A stretch of DNA of 32,000 nucleotides from an uncultured archaeon. Its GTDB lineage: Archaea; Asgardarchaeota; Thorarchaeia; Thorarchaeales; CAZPUN01. Location of the stretch: contig CAZPUN010000033.1 in NCBI GenBank assembly GCA_964589775.1, positions 1-32,000 on the forward strand, read 5' to 3'. The position numbers were made by a program, and so were the translations under genes. Of the stretch, positions 9,101 through 19,900 are shown in pieces. Position 1 is the stretch's first letter, and each line of letters opens with the position of its first letter. Below the pieces are notes generated by a model. The model was given only the letters and a program-made list of their open reading frames with translations. It searched no databases and was not told where the DNA came from.

Positions 9101-12100
9101 GATAAATTGTCACCGTATGGAACAGTGGTAACTTCTTGAATTAATACTTCTGTGGGTCTTCGAGTCGTACTAAATGTTGCTTGGATACTACGGGTATCAT
9201 AATATGGAACAACATTTCCCCAGACAACGGTTACATTGATCAGATATCTATTTAGAAGAGTTGTACTGGAGAATATCGAAGTGTTGATCGATATAGTATA
9301 AACGCCATTGCTACCAGTTAGACTGTAATCACCGGAAGCTAATATTGTATTTGACGGACCATGCCCTATAATTATATTTGATTTATCGATACTTAGACCA
9401 GAGCCATTCAAATAGTCACTATAACTTATGATAAACGTAATGTTTTCATTGAATGGCACGTCTGCAGGAGTCTTTACAAAGTGTAAATCTACAGGACGAT
9501 GCACAACATTCACATTAATGATTTTTGATCGTGTCTGATAATATGGCGAGCCAGACTTTGAAATCGTAACATTAATTGCAAATGTATCTACACTACCAAG
9601 TGCAACAGAGGATATTGAAATGAGATACCATCCATTGCCATTATCCTGTACCCAATAGTTAACGTCTTTGACAAGTACTTCTGCAGAAGTATCACAGGAT
9701 ATTACAACTAATGCATTACTTATTCCTGCACCAGTTGTATCATCACTATAGCTAACGGAAATATTTACTAATTCAAGGTATGGAGTATCTTCAGGAAATT
9801 CGTATCCCAATTGAGTTGAACGACCAACCACGGTAATATACAAGAAATCTGTTGCATTGTTGCAAAAGTTCGTTCCAGTATAGGCAATGTGCACACTAAT
9901 ACCGAACAGGCCTGTTCCGTTAAGTATTGTAGTATTTAGATGCACAACATATGTACCATCACCATTATCATCCACAGTGTACCAGCCTGCTAATGTGTCA
10001 TTAAGTGTAATAATTCCACCATACATATTACTGGAACTTCCAGATTCAAGATCTGTGAATGTAAATGGAATATCAATTATGTTGCCATATTGTACTGGCT
10101 GATAACCACCATGAGATAATTGAGTGTGCCTACGAATAACAACTATTTGGATGGCTTCATATGTTTGATTTGCATAGAATGGTGCACCACTCCATGTTAC
10201 CGATAGATGGAACGTAAATGTACCAATGTTGTTCCAACTTGATGCATTTATCATAACTACAAATTTTCCGGTATCATCACCCAGATATACAACAGAGTAG
10301 ATCACATTTCCTTCCACAATTGAAACAGTAATTGAACTCGAATTACGAATGAATTCATTCTTAAGAACATCAACAAATGTGAATGTAAGATTGCCAATTT
10401 CAGCATATGGTGTGGTTGGAATTGGATTGAATGAGATGTACGTAGGTCGTGATTGAATCATCACGGTAACAATCATGGTTTTATTTTCATAAAGTGGTGA
10501 TTGCCCGCGAGTCCAGTTCGCATAAATTCTGAACTGATATGTTCCATAGCTCATTAGTAGAGATGAATTAAGTGTGAATGAATACTCACCGGGAGATCCA
10601 GCTGGATCAACTTCTGCAATTACAAAATCGGATTGTGATACTGTTTCACCAGGATTTAGAACAACAACATAAAGATGTACATTTCCGGGATAAAGCCCTG
10701 TGCTATTTACAATTCCTGTACTATTTACAACATCATAATAAATAACTGTGAATGTAATATTATCAAGATAATAAATTGTTCCAGGGCTTTGTCCGATATA
10801 CAGGTCAGTTTGAGTACCAGTAATTCTGACACGTATGGTGAGTGTTTTGTTTTCATATTTGGGTTCTGCACCAGTCCAATTCACATAAACTGTAAACTCT
10901 TTCCAACCAATACTACCCCATTGGGCTGTAGGAATGGTTATATTATAATGTCCATCACCAGTTGTAGCATTAGCTACATAATAAATCGGCGAAGCAACTT
11001 CGGGTATTACAACATAAATTAAGACATTATGCCCATTTGCAGTTCCATTCGCAATACCTTCGTCTAAATCAGCATCGTAATAGTATACAAGAACGGTAAT
11101 ATTTGAACCATAAGCGGTCTGGGATACAGGTTCATCTAGAGTAAAACTTGTAGCATGAGAACGAACTTCAATGGTAATATATATCGTATGGTTTTGACAA
11201 CCATAGCGGGATACCGTAATTGCTACAGTCCAGCTTTTGAGAGGATCTGTATTGACCGTATAGAAGGTCATATTGTATACTCCATTTCCGAGTTCTGTAA
11301 GAGTATAATTTGGATCCCCTAAAGAGTGATAAGAAGTCCAATTAGCAGTGATGTTTGAAACTGCCCCAGTAATTGGTTCATCATGATCGATATCCCAGTA
11401 TGTTAGATTTATTGATACGGCCTCACCCAAAGGTATCGGGAGATAATTTGCAGACGTCGTAAATGAAGTGTATAGTTCATGAACAGTAACATACATGGAT
11501 AATGTTACAGTATGATAGAATTCCTTTGCGAATGTTATATCGACAACATAGCTCTTTAGTTCTACTGAACTCGTATTCAGTTCTACTTTATAATGTCCGG
11601 GGCTTCCAGTAATGGGATATATAGTGTATGCATTTGCGCTCCAATTACAACTTAGTGGAGCATTACTAATTGGATTACCCATCTGGTCTTCAAGATACAC
11701 GTTAAACGAAATATTCCAGCCTTTTGGACCAGAAACTCCGGGATATTGTGGCGAGGACATATGGGATTCATAATATACGTAGATTATAAGATCTTGAACT
11801 ACAGCATCAAAATATTGTCTTTGCCAAGAGATTCGTATGACAAACTTTCCATTACTTCCTAACTGAGTCGTATTGAGAATTGTTGCATATTCTCCGTTTC
11901 CATTATCATCCATATACTCGGTTCCAGTGGTCCAATTGTAAGTCATTACTCCAGATGGAACTAGAATACCACTATCAGTATCATGAGCCCTAATTCTCAA
12001 TAGAACCAAGTCGCCATATGTTACATTTGTATTCCAGTCAGAAGATGCATCTGAAGGATCTACAACAGATAGAGCGGTTGCATGAGTCACTGTGAACTTT

Positions 12101-13932
12101 CTAAGGAAGAATCCAACATCGTATATACCACCTGCACTAACAGTACTGTTTGTATATGCTTGAATTGTCCATTCTCCTGCTGATGCATTACTTCCCGCTA
12201 AATTAAATACGCCTGTAGTAGCGATTCCTGAGGATACTGTTGCGATAGTTGTCGCCCATACAGAACCATCAGGAGCAAAAATCGTAAAGTTAACTTTATC
12301 ACCATCAAATGATGTACCCACATAGGCACGAATCTGTATTGAATCACCAGCTCTGAAGTTTCCTGTTTTAGACCACGTGGAAGTACTTGAATCATATATT
12401 TCAAGATTAGTAATCATATTTGGAGAAACACCTTTAATTGGCCAGAATCCAATCTTGTCTGCAAATGGAATCGTATCTACAGATACATTGAGATATCCGT
12501 CGCCATAATCTCCACCAGACCACCCACTAGTAAGATTTGTATTGGGATCCAATGGTTTTGCAACAAACCGCACATCACGCGTTGTAGGAATTGTTAGATT
12601 ATAGAAGTAATCATCTTCATATCCAACTGGAATCTGAACAAGGAAATATGAAGACCAAGATGCATCACTACCATTACTTATTTCGAAGTTTTCGCCTATA
12701 GCTGACGGGTCTGCAGCATATACAGTCTTATTCACTTCGTTTCTAGCGTATAGGTTTAGAGAGACATCAAACTCAACTTCAATGTATAAATCGGGATCAG
12801 GTGGATTAGGAGATGGCGTCCATGTGAAGTTTGCAATTGCTGAAGTACCAGTCCATAAATATGATTGAGATACTGCACCAGTACCGTAAATAGCTCCATC
12901 ATTTACGGTAAGAGAATTCATCTTCAGATTAATTTGACTGGGGGCAACTTTAGTTTTCATATATAATTTTACATTGTCAATTCGTGCAGCGGGTAAAATA
13001 TCTGGATTATATCCAACACTTTGAGTTGTTAGAAGACCTATTTCAATAGTGAATGTATCGCCATTATCAAGGTCTAATAAACTTGGATCTAGATTAATTA
13101 ATCCAGTATTATACCAGACATTTTCCGCTCCAATTTGACTGAAGGCTAATGTCCAATCACGATCATTTACATTTGTTGAATTTATGATCATATAGAGAAC
13201 AAATGAACCAGTCATACCATAGTGAGTTGTATCTCGAGTCTCGGCTTGATAATCCATCGAGAATGCCATCCATGTTATAGTGCCACGGTCCACAGTTACA
13301 GTTTGACGAGCATATACATGATCTCCATTATCATACCAATAGTTTCCACTACTGTATCGTCCATCAATTGTGAAACGAACGTCATCATCATTTGTTCCGT
13401 GGCCATCATCTTCCCAGAAGGAATTCATTGTGTTTGCAGAACCTGCATCTGATGTACCAAGAGTCCAACCAGTTGCGCTTCCTTGAAATCCGGGATTTGT
13501 AACCCATGTCCGGTTTTCAGTAATATGAGTTAGATGAGCATCCATGTAATATCCAGTCCAATCTTTACCAATGGGTACAGAGGGCGTTGCATAGCTTGTA
13601 CCACTTGCGGGGTCATAGTGGATTTTTATGTCTTCATAAGACACAGTACGATTTGCATATTGCCCCGCAGGATTTCCTGCGCCAATACCGGAATAAGATT
13701 TCCATACGCCTGATGCAACATCATATTCCCAAAGTATTTCATCAGGTGAGATATTGACCTTAGTCCCATCATCTAGTACAATAGTACTTGATGGAGGCGA
13801 AGAGCTCTTATGTTCAGCCCCAGGATACACGGGAATGCCATTTCCAAAATAGGAAATTGAAAATAGCATAATCATTACTAATACCATTGCATTGACTTTA
13901 TTTATTTTCCGAATATTCTTTCCCATCTTCAT
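6127..13932 (-). CDS. Giant single-pass cell-surface (glyco)protein, paralog B: signal peptide, CBM/jelly-roll-like head, ~17-18 Ig-like repeats, TM helix, cytoplasmic helical domain
   Basis: 2601-aa uninterrupted ORF. It has a basic-then-hydrophobic N-terminus and an NPGF...W to IDNVKLY head. The ~100-aa modules carry T-x-L starts and YxD..GIxxA and ELGNGxY motifs. The TM helix GAGIAILFISLFVIVYV lies near 6690-6750, followed by a charged tail. Confidence 0.93.
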   Translation of the reverse strand: MKMGKNIRKINKVNAMVLVMIMLFSISYFGNGIPVYPGAEHKSSSPPSSTIVLDDGTKVNISPDEILWEYDVASGVWKSYSGIGAGNPAGQYANRTVSYEDIKIHYDPASGTSYATPSVPIGKDWTGYYMDAHLTHITENRTWVTNPGFQGSATGWTLGTSDAGSANTMNSFWEDDGHGTNDDDVRFTIDGRYSSGNYWYDNGDHVYARQTVTVDRGTITWMAFSMDYQAETRDTTHYGMTGSFVLYMIINSTNVNDRDWTLAFSQIGAENVWYNTGLINLDPSLLDLDNGDTFTIEIGLLTTQSVGYNPDILPAARIDNVKLYMKTKVAPSQINLKMNSLTVNDGAIYGTGAVSQSYLWTGTSAIANFTWTPSPNPPDPDLYIEVEFDVSLNLYARNEVNKTVYAADPSAIGENFEISNGSDASWSSYFLVQIPVGYEDDYFYNLTIPTTRDVRFVAKPLDPNTNLTSGWSGGDYGDGYLNVSVDTIPFADKIGFWPIKGVSPNMITNLEIYDSSTSTWSKTGNFRAGDSIQIRAYVGTSFDGDKVNFTIFAPDGSVWATTIATVSSGIATTGVFNLAGSNASAGEWTIQAYTNSTVSAGGIYDVGFFLRKFTVTHATALSVVDPSDASSDWNTNVTYGDLVLLRIRAHDTDSGILVPSGVMTYNWTTGTEYMDDNGNGEYATILNTTQLGSNGKFVIRISWQRQYFDAVVQDLIIYVYYESHMSSPQYPGVSGPKGWNISFNVYLEDQMGNPISNAPLSCNWSANAYTIYPITGSPGHYKVELNTSSVELKSYVVDITFAKEFYHTVTLSMYVTVHELYTSFTTSANYLPIPLGEAVSINLTYWDIDHDEPITGAVSNITANWTSYHSLGDPNYTLTELGNGVYNMTFYTVNTDPLKSWTVAITVSRYGCQNHTIYITIEVRSHATSFTLDEPVSQTAYGSNITVLVYYYDADLDEGIANGTANGHNVLIYVVIPEVASPIYYVANATTGDGHYNITIPTAQWGSIGWKEFTVYVNWTGAEPKYENKTLTIRVRITGTQTDLYIGQSPGTIYYLDNITFTVIYYDVVNSTGIVNSTGLYPGNVHLYVVVLNPGETVSQSDFVIAEVDPAGSPGEYSFTLNSSLLMSYGTYQFRIYANWTRGQSPLYENKTMIVTVMIQSRPTYISFNPIPTTPYAEIGNLTFTFVDVLKNEFIRNSSSITVSIVEGNVIYSVVYLGDDTGKFVVMINASSWNNIGTFTFHLSVTWSGAPFYANQTYEAIQIVVIRRHTQLSHGGYQPVQYGNIIDIPFTFTDLESGSSSNMYGGIITLNDTLAGWYTVDDNGDGTYVVHLNTTILNGTGLFGISVHIAYTGTNFCNNATDFLYITVVGRSTQLGYEFPEDTPYLELVNISVSYSDDTTGAGISNALVVISCDTSAEVLVKDVNYWVQDNGNGWYLISISSVALGSVDTFAINVTISKSGSPYYQTRSKIINVNVVHRPVDLHFVKTPADVPFNENITFIISYSDYLNGSGLSIDKSNIIIGHGPSNTILASGDYSLTGSNGVYTISINTSIFSSTTLLNRYLINVTVVWGNVVPYYDTRSIQATFSTTRRPTEVLIQEVTTVPYGDNLSITLLFRDYINSKPINNAQMYFVCLNKSSIINYTIALGNGLYRLIVPSGQFNKIGNFMFVFSLNVSDIAPFYSNITTSAIPATVRAIQMKIQADIPEPASIPVGDPIIINLTLTDIDHNVPIIGATISSNWTELYHTSTTVAEIGNGVYQLTINTTGLGAIVYSFNVYANKYLYANITSRLSIQPGAIPMGIVLTKTTYTAYWGDLIQIDAYINNTYANEPVLNVTLTLIWNTNEYNFTELGNGYYRLILDTSTNPIGTYVASITAAKTNHQTRITQINVVVYKAESELITEHYSISVIEGVHLPLWVFYNQTNTGQPIVGANITYSIGNVTGTMAENGTAGFYVANIDTSPLSIGTYVLTVSASIHDRVDATIYITVRVTPIPTTLNVLNGQLIYDPIYTDTLSILVYFNDTAHNLAITHANVTYKTTGLEGSLNEFGSGWYSVTIDTTTLSVGTFFLTIRASKPGYSVATITITINIQDIPTKFTALNSTITEYYGRNVTFYLRYNDTHNDVPVENADATFTWDGGSGTLTELGNGLYYFTINTGAVVPGDYNIKIRFAKSNYRISTGIVTLVVNEIPTTIIANYTYTVPVTVAKNLTFTYKDILNNETIPNAFAIASWIGGITQLYDLGNGTYVFPVLSTLKLGIYTLDLTFEKTNYSRSTAVITLKIVPIPTSLTTPKTSIESSPGAYLSIRVTYWDTFHNVGISNATVTINADNNRVEVDYNATIDYNNGTYVIYLHITGQGSIPITIGLAKENYEPQSIQVTVISQISEAQAAAVRTMFGAGIAILFISLFVIVYVKVLSVPKEIRVINRLIKSLSKGKIPKAPLAPSRGKILLHIVNEFLAPYSITKTDEDIEPETIKIEIPELDDLLRELAELTDLGPEEIEAFKQDLYKMRPSERVGFVKEVIKQEQARRAEEIAKRKAESAVEVPKEAEKEDKLSPEELDEMRRRLMEMGMDIDEIELVVEQARELSRADAEELLKTLGLK

Positions 13933-13936
13933 GATC

Positions 13937-16900
13937 TCACCCTCTTAGAATTGTATCCAGCAAGGCGTCTAAATCGGCTCTTGAGAGCTCTTTCGCCTGC
14001 TCAAGTATTAATTCGATCTCAGAGTCTGAAATTCCTTTTTCTTTAAGTTTCTTTCTTAATTCTTCAATCTCTTCTTCTGTCAAATGTTCGGGTTTCTCCT
14101 TAGGCTTAGGCTTCTCAATAGGAGTCTTCCCTTCGGCAATAGCTTTCGCCCGCCGAGCCCGCTCTTGTGCTATTACCTCCTTAACGAATCCTATTCTCTC
14201 ACTTGCTTTCATCTTGTATAGATCTTCCTTGAATTCTTCAATGTCTTCCTCAGATAGACCTGTAATAGATGCCAACTCTTCAAGTAGTGCACTAAGCTCT
14301 GGGACTTTGATACTAATCGGAAATTCAACAATGTCATCTGGTGTCTTCGTAATTCCAAAAGGCTCTAGATATTGCTGTATAATGGAAATAAGTATTTCAT
14401 GACGGGACGGTGCGGGAGGTACAGGAGGTATCTTACCTTTCTCAAGTCTTTTAACAATCTTGTTAATTCTTCGAACGGGCTTTGGAATACTAAATACCTT
14501 AATCCATAACGCACCAAGAATTACAATAACAAAGATTCCTACGAAGCCATAAGAGATCATTCTGAAGAATGCCATTTGCTGTTCATTGTATTGAGAATAA
14601 ACTATGATTTGAATTTCACTAGTTCTGTAATCCTGCTTGTGAGCTTTGATATTTATGAAGAATGTTCCGATATCATTAATTGTAAAGTTCATAGCATATG
14701 TTCCGTTGTTGTAGTCTATGACTTTACCCTCAAAATGAATTCTATCTGAAGAAGTATCGACATCAATCGTTGCATTAGGTATAGATCTATTGTGATATGT
14801 GTCGTAATAGACAAATCTTAGAGTATATAGATCTCCAGGCGAGAAGTACACCTCAGTTACAGATATCTTAATTTCTGTAGGAATCAAAATGATTGAGAGA
14901 ACAACTTCTTCTTGCTTAATAGAGTAGTTCATCTTAGAGAATACGAGCGTCAATGTGTAATTATTAGGTTCTAACTTGAACTGATCCTCAAATGATGATG
15001 AACTGAATACGTATGTTCCATTGTGCATATCTGTGAGTTCAACGATTCCAAATGTCCATAACAATGAGACAGAGGCATTAGGAATTCCAAGATCATTAAG
15101 AGAATCCATGTAGGTAAATCTTAAATTGAATGGGTCTCCAACAGGATAAATCAATTTCTGCGGTAGAATTACAGTTGTCGGAATCTCCTTAATTCGTAAT
15201 ATGACAGACTTGCGTGCTGAATCATGATACTTTGCATCAAGAACAATTGTGATACTATATTGTCCGGGTCTTGCTTCACCAGTATTGACAATAATATAGA
15301 AGGTTCCGTTTCCATAAGAATATACATTTCCAGAACCAATAATCCAGCGATAAGTTCCATTTGCTGCTAAAATTGCTTTGTTATTTAACGTGTCATTAAA
15401 GTATACTTTGAATGTAACATTTCGTCCATAATATTCCTCAATTACGGGGTTTAGTGTTATTATTTCCGTAGGAATAGACAGTACATTTAATGTTGGACGA
15501 ATATACGCGGAACGATATCCAGTTTTCTGAGCAGTGATAGAAATGTAAAAGCTTCCAATTTCTGCTTTTGATGTGTTTATAATTGCAAAGTACCATCCAT
15601 TGCCAAGTTCTGTTAAGTTTCCAGAAGCGAATGTAGAGGAATACATTACTGTTGCATGTAATACTGGAATGTTCAACTTGGTGTTGTATACATATACAGT
15701 AATATTCACGGTTTGACCGTGATAACAATTGATAATTTGAATTCCGTCTTTTATACTAATTGCAGTAGGTACAGACTCGATTGTTAATGTCATGAATACA
15801 CTTGATTCTGCATAGTTATCTTTCTTTGCACTGATATATAACGTATAGGTTCCAATTGGATATTCATTGATCGTAATATTTCCAACATAATAACCTGCGG
15901 TTCCATTTGCAATTAATGTACCACTGCCAAATTCCCACTCGAATGTAACAGTCGCACCACTTATGGGATGACCAAAATATGTGTCGTTATAGAAGACCCA
16001 GAAGGTAATTGTTTCTTGATCGACTGCTTCAAATGTAAGCGTGTCACTTGAAAGTGATGTACTAACCTTTATAATCGTCAGCGTAACTTGAGCAACAGGT
16101 GAACGATAATTTGTTTTATTTCCGGAAATTGTAATGATATAGGTACCCACAGGCTCAATTTGTGTATTAAATGTCAAACTGTATGTTCCATTTCCATATG
16201 AAGTGAAATTCGTATATGTATTACCTGCCCAGACTGCTTGTAAATCGAATCCGGTTAATGGAAGTACATTGTGGCTATCCCATACTGTAAGAACTATAGT
16301 AACATTCTCAGTCCATACTACTGAAATTACAGATTTCTTCAAATCAATTGATGTAGGAATTGGTGCTAACTCAATATCGACATCCGCAGTCTTATTAAGG
16401 TGTGTTTGCTTGCCTGCCCAAACTGTAAATGAATATACTTGAGCATTCAACCCTACAGTTGAAATATTTAATTGATAAATACCATTTCCAAGTTCTGTAA
16501 TTGTAATTGAAGTACCATAGAGCTGCTGCCAGTTTACAGTAATATTTGCACCTTCAATTCCAGTATCACTATCAATATTCCAATAGGTCACGTTTGCAAT
16601 TACATTGTCGCCGACAGGGACGGTACCAGGAGTTGGAACACTCACTTGTAATAAAGTACTAATAGATCGTAAAGTAGCATATACATGACCGTTTAATTGA
16701 TCTTGATAGTATGGACTTGGTGTGTATGTGAAATTGACAGAGAACAAGTATTTTCCTAGATTCGGTAATTGTGAGCTGTTAACTATGAATGAGTAATATC
16801 CATTGCCAAGATATATTACATCATAAGTAATTGAACCCGTTGCATTGATACATATAAGTGATGTATTAGCACCACTAATACCACGGGTTGTGTAAAAGTC

Positions 16901-19900
16901 TTCATATCGAATAGTAATTGTAATATTATTTCCATACGCAACTGAAGGCACCTGCAAGAACACAAGCCTAGTTGGTCGTTCAACAATACTAACTTCTGTA
17001 GTAACACTAATGTTGTCATAGTATGGAGCAATATTACCCCAGATTATTGTTATGTTGATTATATGACCAGATACTAAGACTGATGTAAGTATTGTCGAAT
17101 TCAAAGATATAGTGTATAAGCCAGAACCACCTGTGAGTACATATTGGTTTGCAGTAATCAAAGTATTGGACGTACCATGAGTAAGGATTATGTTCGCTTT
17201 CGTAATGTCGATTCCACTATCGGTAAGACCATCACGGAATGAGAACTGGAATGTGACATTATTCATGAATGGTGTGTCGACAGGTGTCTTCACGATAGTT
17301 AATTTCGCATTTCTTAATGTGACAACAACTTCAACAGTACGAGAATTATCGGTATAATAAGGTATTCCAGTCCAACTTGCTACAATATCAATCTCATAGG
17401 AACCAAGACCACCAAGGGCAGTAGTATTAATGGATACAAGATACCATCCATTACCTTGGTATGATACAAAATAGTTAACATTTAATTGTAATGTCTCATT
17501 TGCTGTTGCACAGCTTGCAGTAATAGTTGCACCATAAATTCCACGGCTTGTAGTATCATCATAGTATCGTACCGATATATTTGCGAATTCAAGATATGGT
17601 GCAGGGTCTGGAATCTCATAACCAAGCTGAGCTCTTCTTTGTATTACAACAACATAAAATACATCTACAGCGTTATCGCAATAATTCGAACCATTATAAG
17701 TGACCGTAGCAACAACTGCAAATGTACCGAGATTCTGGAATCCAGATGAGTTCAAATATAATGTAAATGATCCGTCACCATTGAACGTGTACGTGTAATA
17801 TCCAGCTAAGCTAGCATTAAGTTCTAAAGTTCCAGACATACCAGTAGTAGAACCAGAATCAAGATCGGTATATGTGAAACTGAGAGTTAGCACATTTGCA
17901 AATTGAACGGGTTCATAAGAGCCATGAGTTAGCTGAGTATGACGATAACGGATATTTATTGTGATTTCCTGACCTGTGTGATTTTGATAGAATGGCCACC
18001 CAACTAACGTAACATTTAGATGAAATACAAATGTACCAGGATTGCCCCAGCTTGTTGTATTAATTTCAAAATGGAACATACCAGTATCATTTCCATCGTA
18101 ATAGATGACGTAAATTATACCGCTTTCTACAATAGATACATACATATTAGAAGAATAATTAATGTGATTACCACTTAACAGATCTACAACCTTGAATGAG
18201 AAGTTTACTAACTCATTGTATGGCGTAGTAGGTATAGGAGTCCAATCAATATATGTTTGTCTCTGAAGAACTCTGAATATTATCTCAATTGTTTGATTTT
18301 CATATAGTGGAAGTTGTCCCTTCGTCCAATTGAATTGGATACGAACTGTAAATTCACCTATACGAGAAAGCTTAGAGGTGTCCAGTTTAAATTCGTAGTA
18401 TCCGGCTTGAGTTTCATTAATCCAGAAATCAGATTGTGTAACACTCTCACCACTGGTTATCATTGTAATGAATACGTGTACATTTCCAGCATAAGCTCCG
18501 GTTGAATTTGCAATTCCAGTATTATTGGCTGTGTCCCAATATGCTAAAGTCCAAGAAGTATTTGTCATATATTGGACAGCATCAGGACTATGTATGATTT
18601 TTATCATTGTTTCGGAGCCTGTAATTCGCACTTTGATATCCAACGTCTTATTATAGTATTTTAATGAAGAGCCGGTCCAATTTACATAAACTGTAAACTC
18701 TTTCCAGCCAATACTACCCCATTGGTCTGCAGGTAGTGTAATATTATAATGACCTGCACCAGTAGTCGCATTTGTTACAACGTATTGCAGATTGATACCA
18801 GAAGCAACTAAATAAATCAGTACATTATGACCATTAGCAGTGTCATTGGCAATTCCAACGTTCATAGATGCATCATAGTAATAGACAGTCACAACAATCG
18901 TTCCGGTATATGGCGTAGGATTAACGGGATTATCTAGTGAAAATGACGTGAGGTGTGTCTTTACATCAATATGAATTGTAAGCGTGTGATTCTGATAACC
19001 ATATTTTTCAATATTAATCTGAACCGTATAACTACCAAGTGGATCATTATTGTATGAGTAAAATCGAATTCTATAAACTCCATTTCCATAATCAAATATA
19101 GTGTAATTTATTTGCCCTGAAGTATGGAAGCTACACCAATCTGTTGAAAATGCATCACTATCACCAATCATCGGCAAGTCTTGATCTGTATCATGATAGG
19201 TAATATTCAAATCAACGTATCCACCCACGGGTAACGTTAAGAATGATGCGGACGGTGTAGCAGAAGTATATAGTTCTCGAACTGTGACTTGAAGAATTAT
19301 TTTCTTGGAATATACATATTCCTTCGATGCATTAATTTCTATCTTGTAAGTTCCTAAGTCATATGGCTCTGCATTTATATGAATTCGATATGAGCCAGGA
19401 GTTCCAGTTGCAATAACAGAATAGTCAGACCAATTACATGTAATTGTAGCTCCCGTGATTCCATTATTGTTTTGGTCTACAAAATCAACATAAATATCAC
19501 CGTAAGCCGTCTTAGGAACTGAAATTCCGGGTGATGATGATGAAGTTAATTGTGAGTCATAATAAACTTCGAGATAGAAATAATGCTGTTTTGAATCATA
19601 ATATGCTTTACTCCAAGAGATGCTTAAGGTAAATCGCCCATTACTACCCAGTTGTGTTGTATTAAGAACTACGCTGTATTCACCAGTTCCAAGATCACTT
19701 AACTGTTCGATTCCGGTAGTCCAATTATATGTCATTACACCGCCAGGGACACTCTCACCCGCATCAACATCCTGAATACGGATTTTTACAAGAATATTAT
19801 CACCAAAAGTTGCTGTTGTAGTCCAAGTACTCTGTGCTGATAATGGATAGTAAAGGGTAATATCAGTAGCATGTGTTATTGTGAATTTTCTTAAGAAGAA

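Noticed and set aside
7488-16500. Recurrent ~15-20-bp motif ccattNccaagttc (near 7490, 8375, 11282, 15597, 16482) as a possible CRISPR or dispersed DNA repeat
   Set aside because: It is irregularly spaced, degenerate at third codon positions and always encodes the (T)ELGNG turn of the Ig-like modules, so it is a protein-level repeat.
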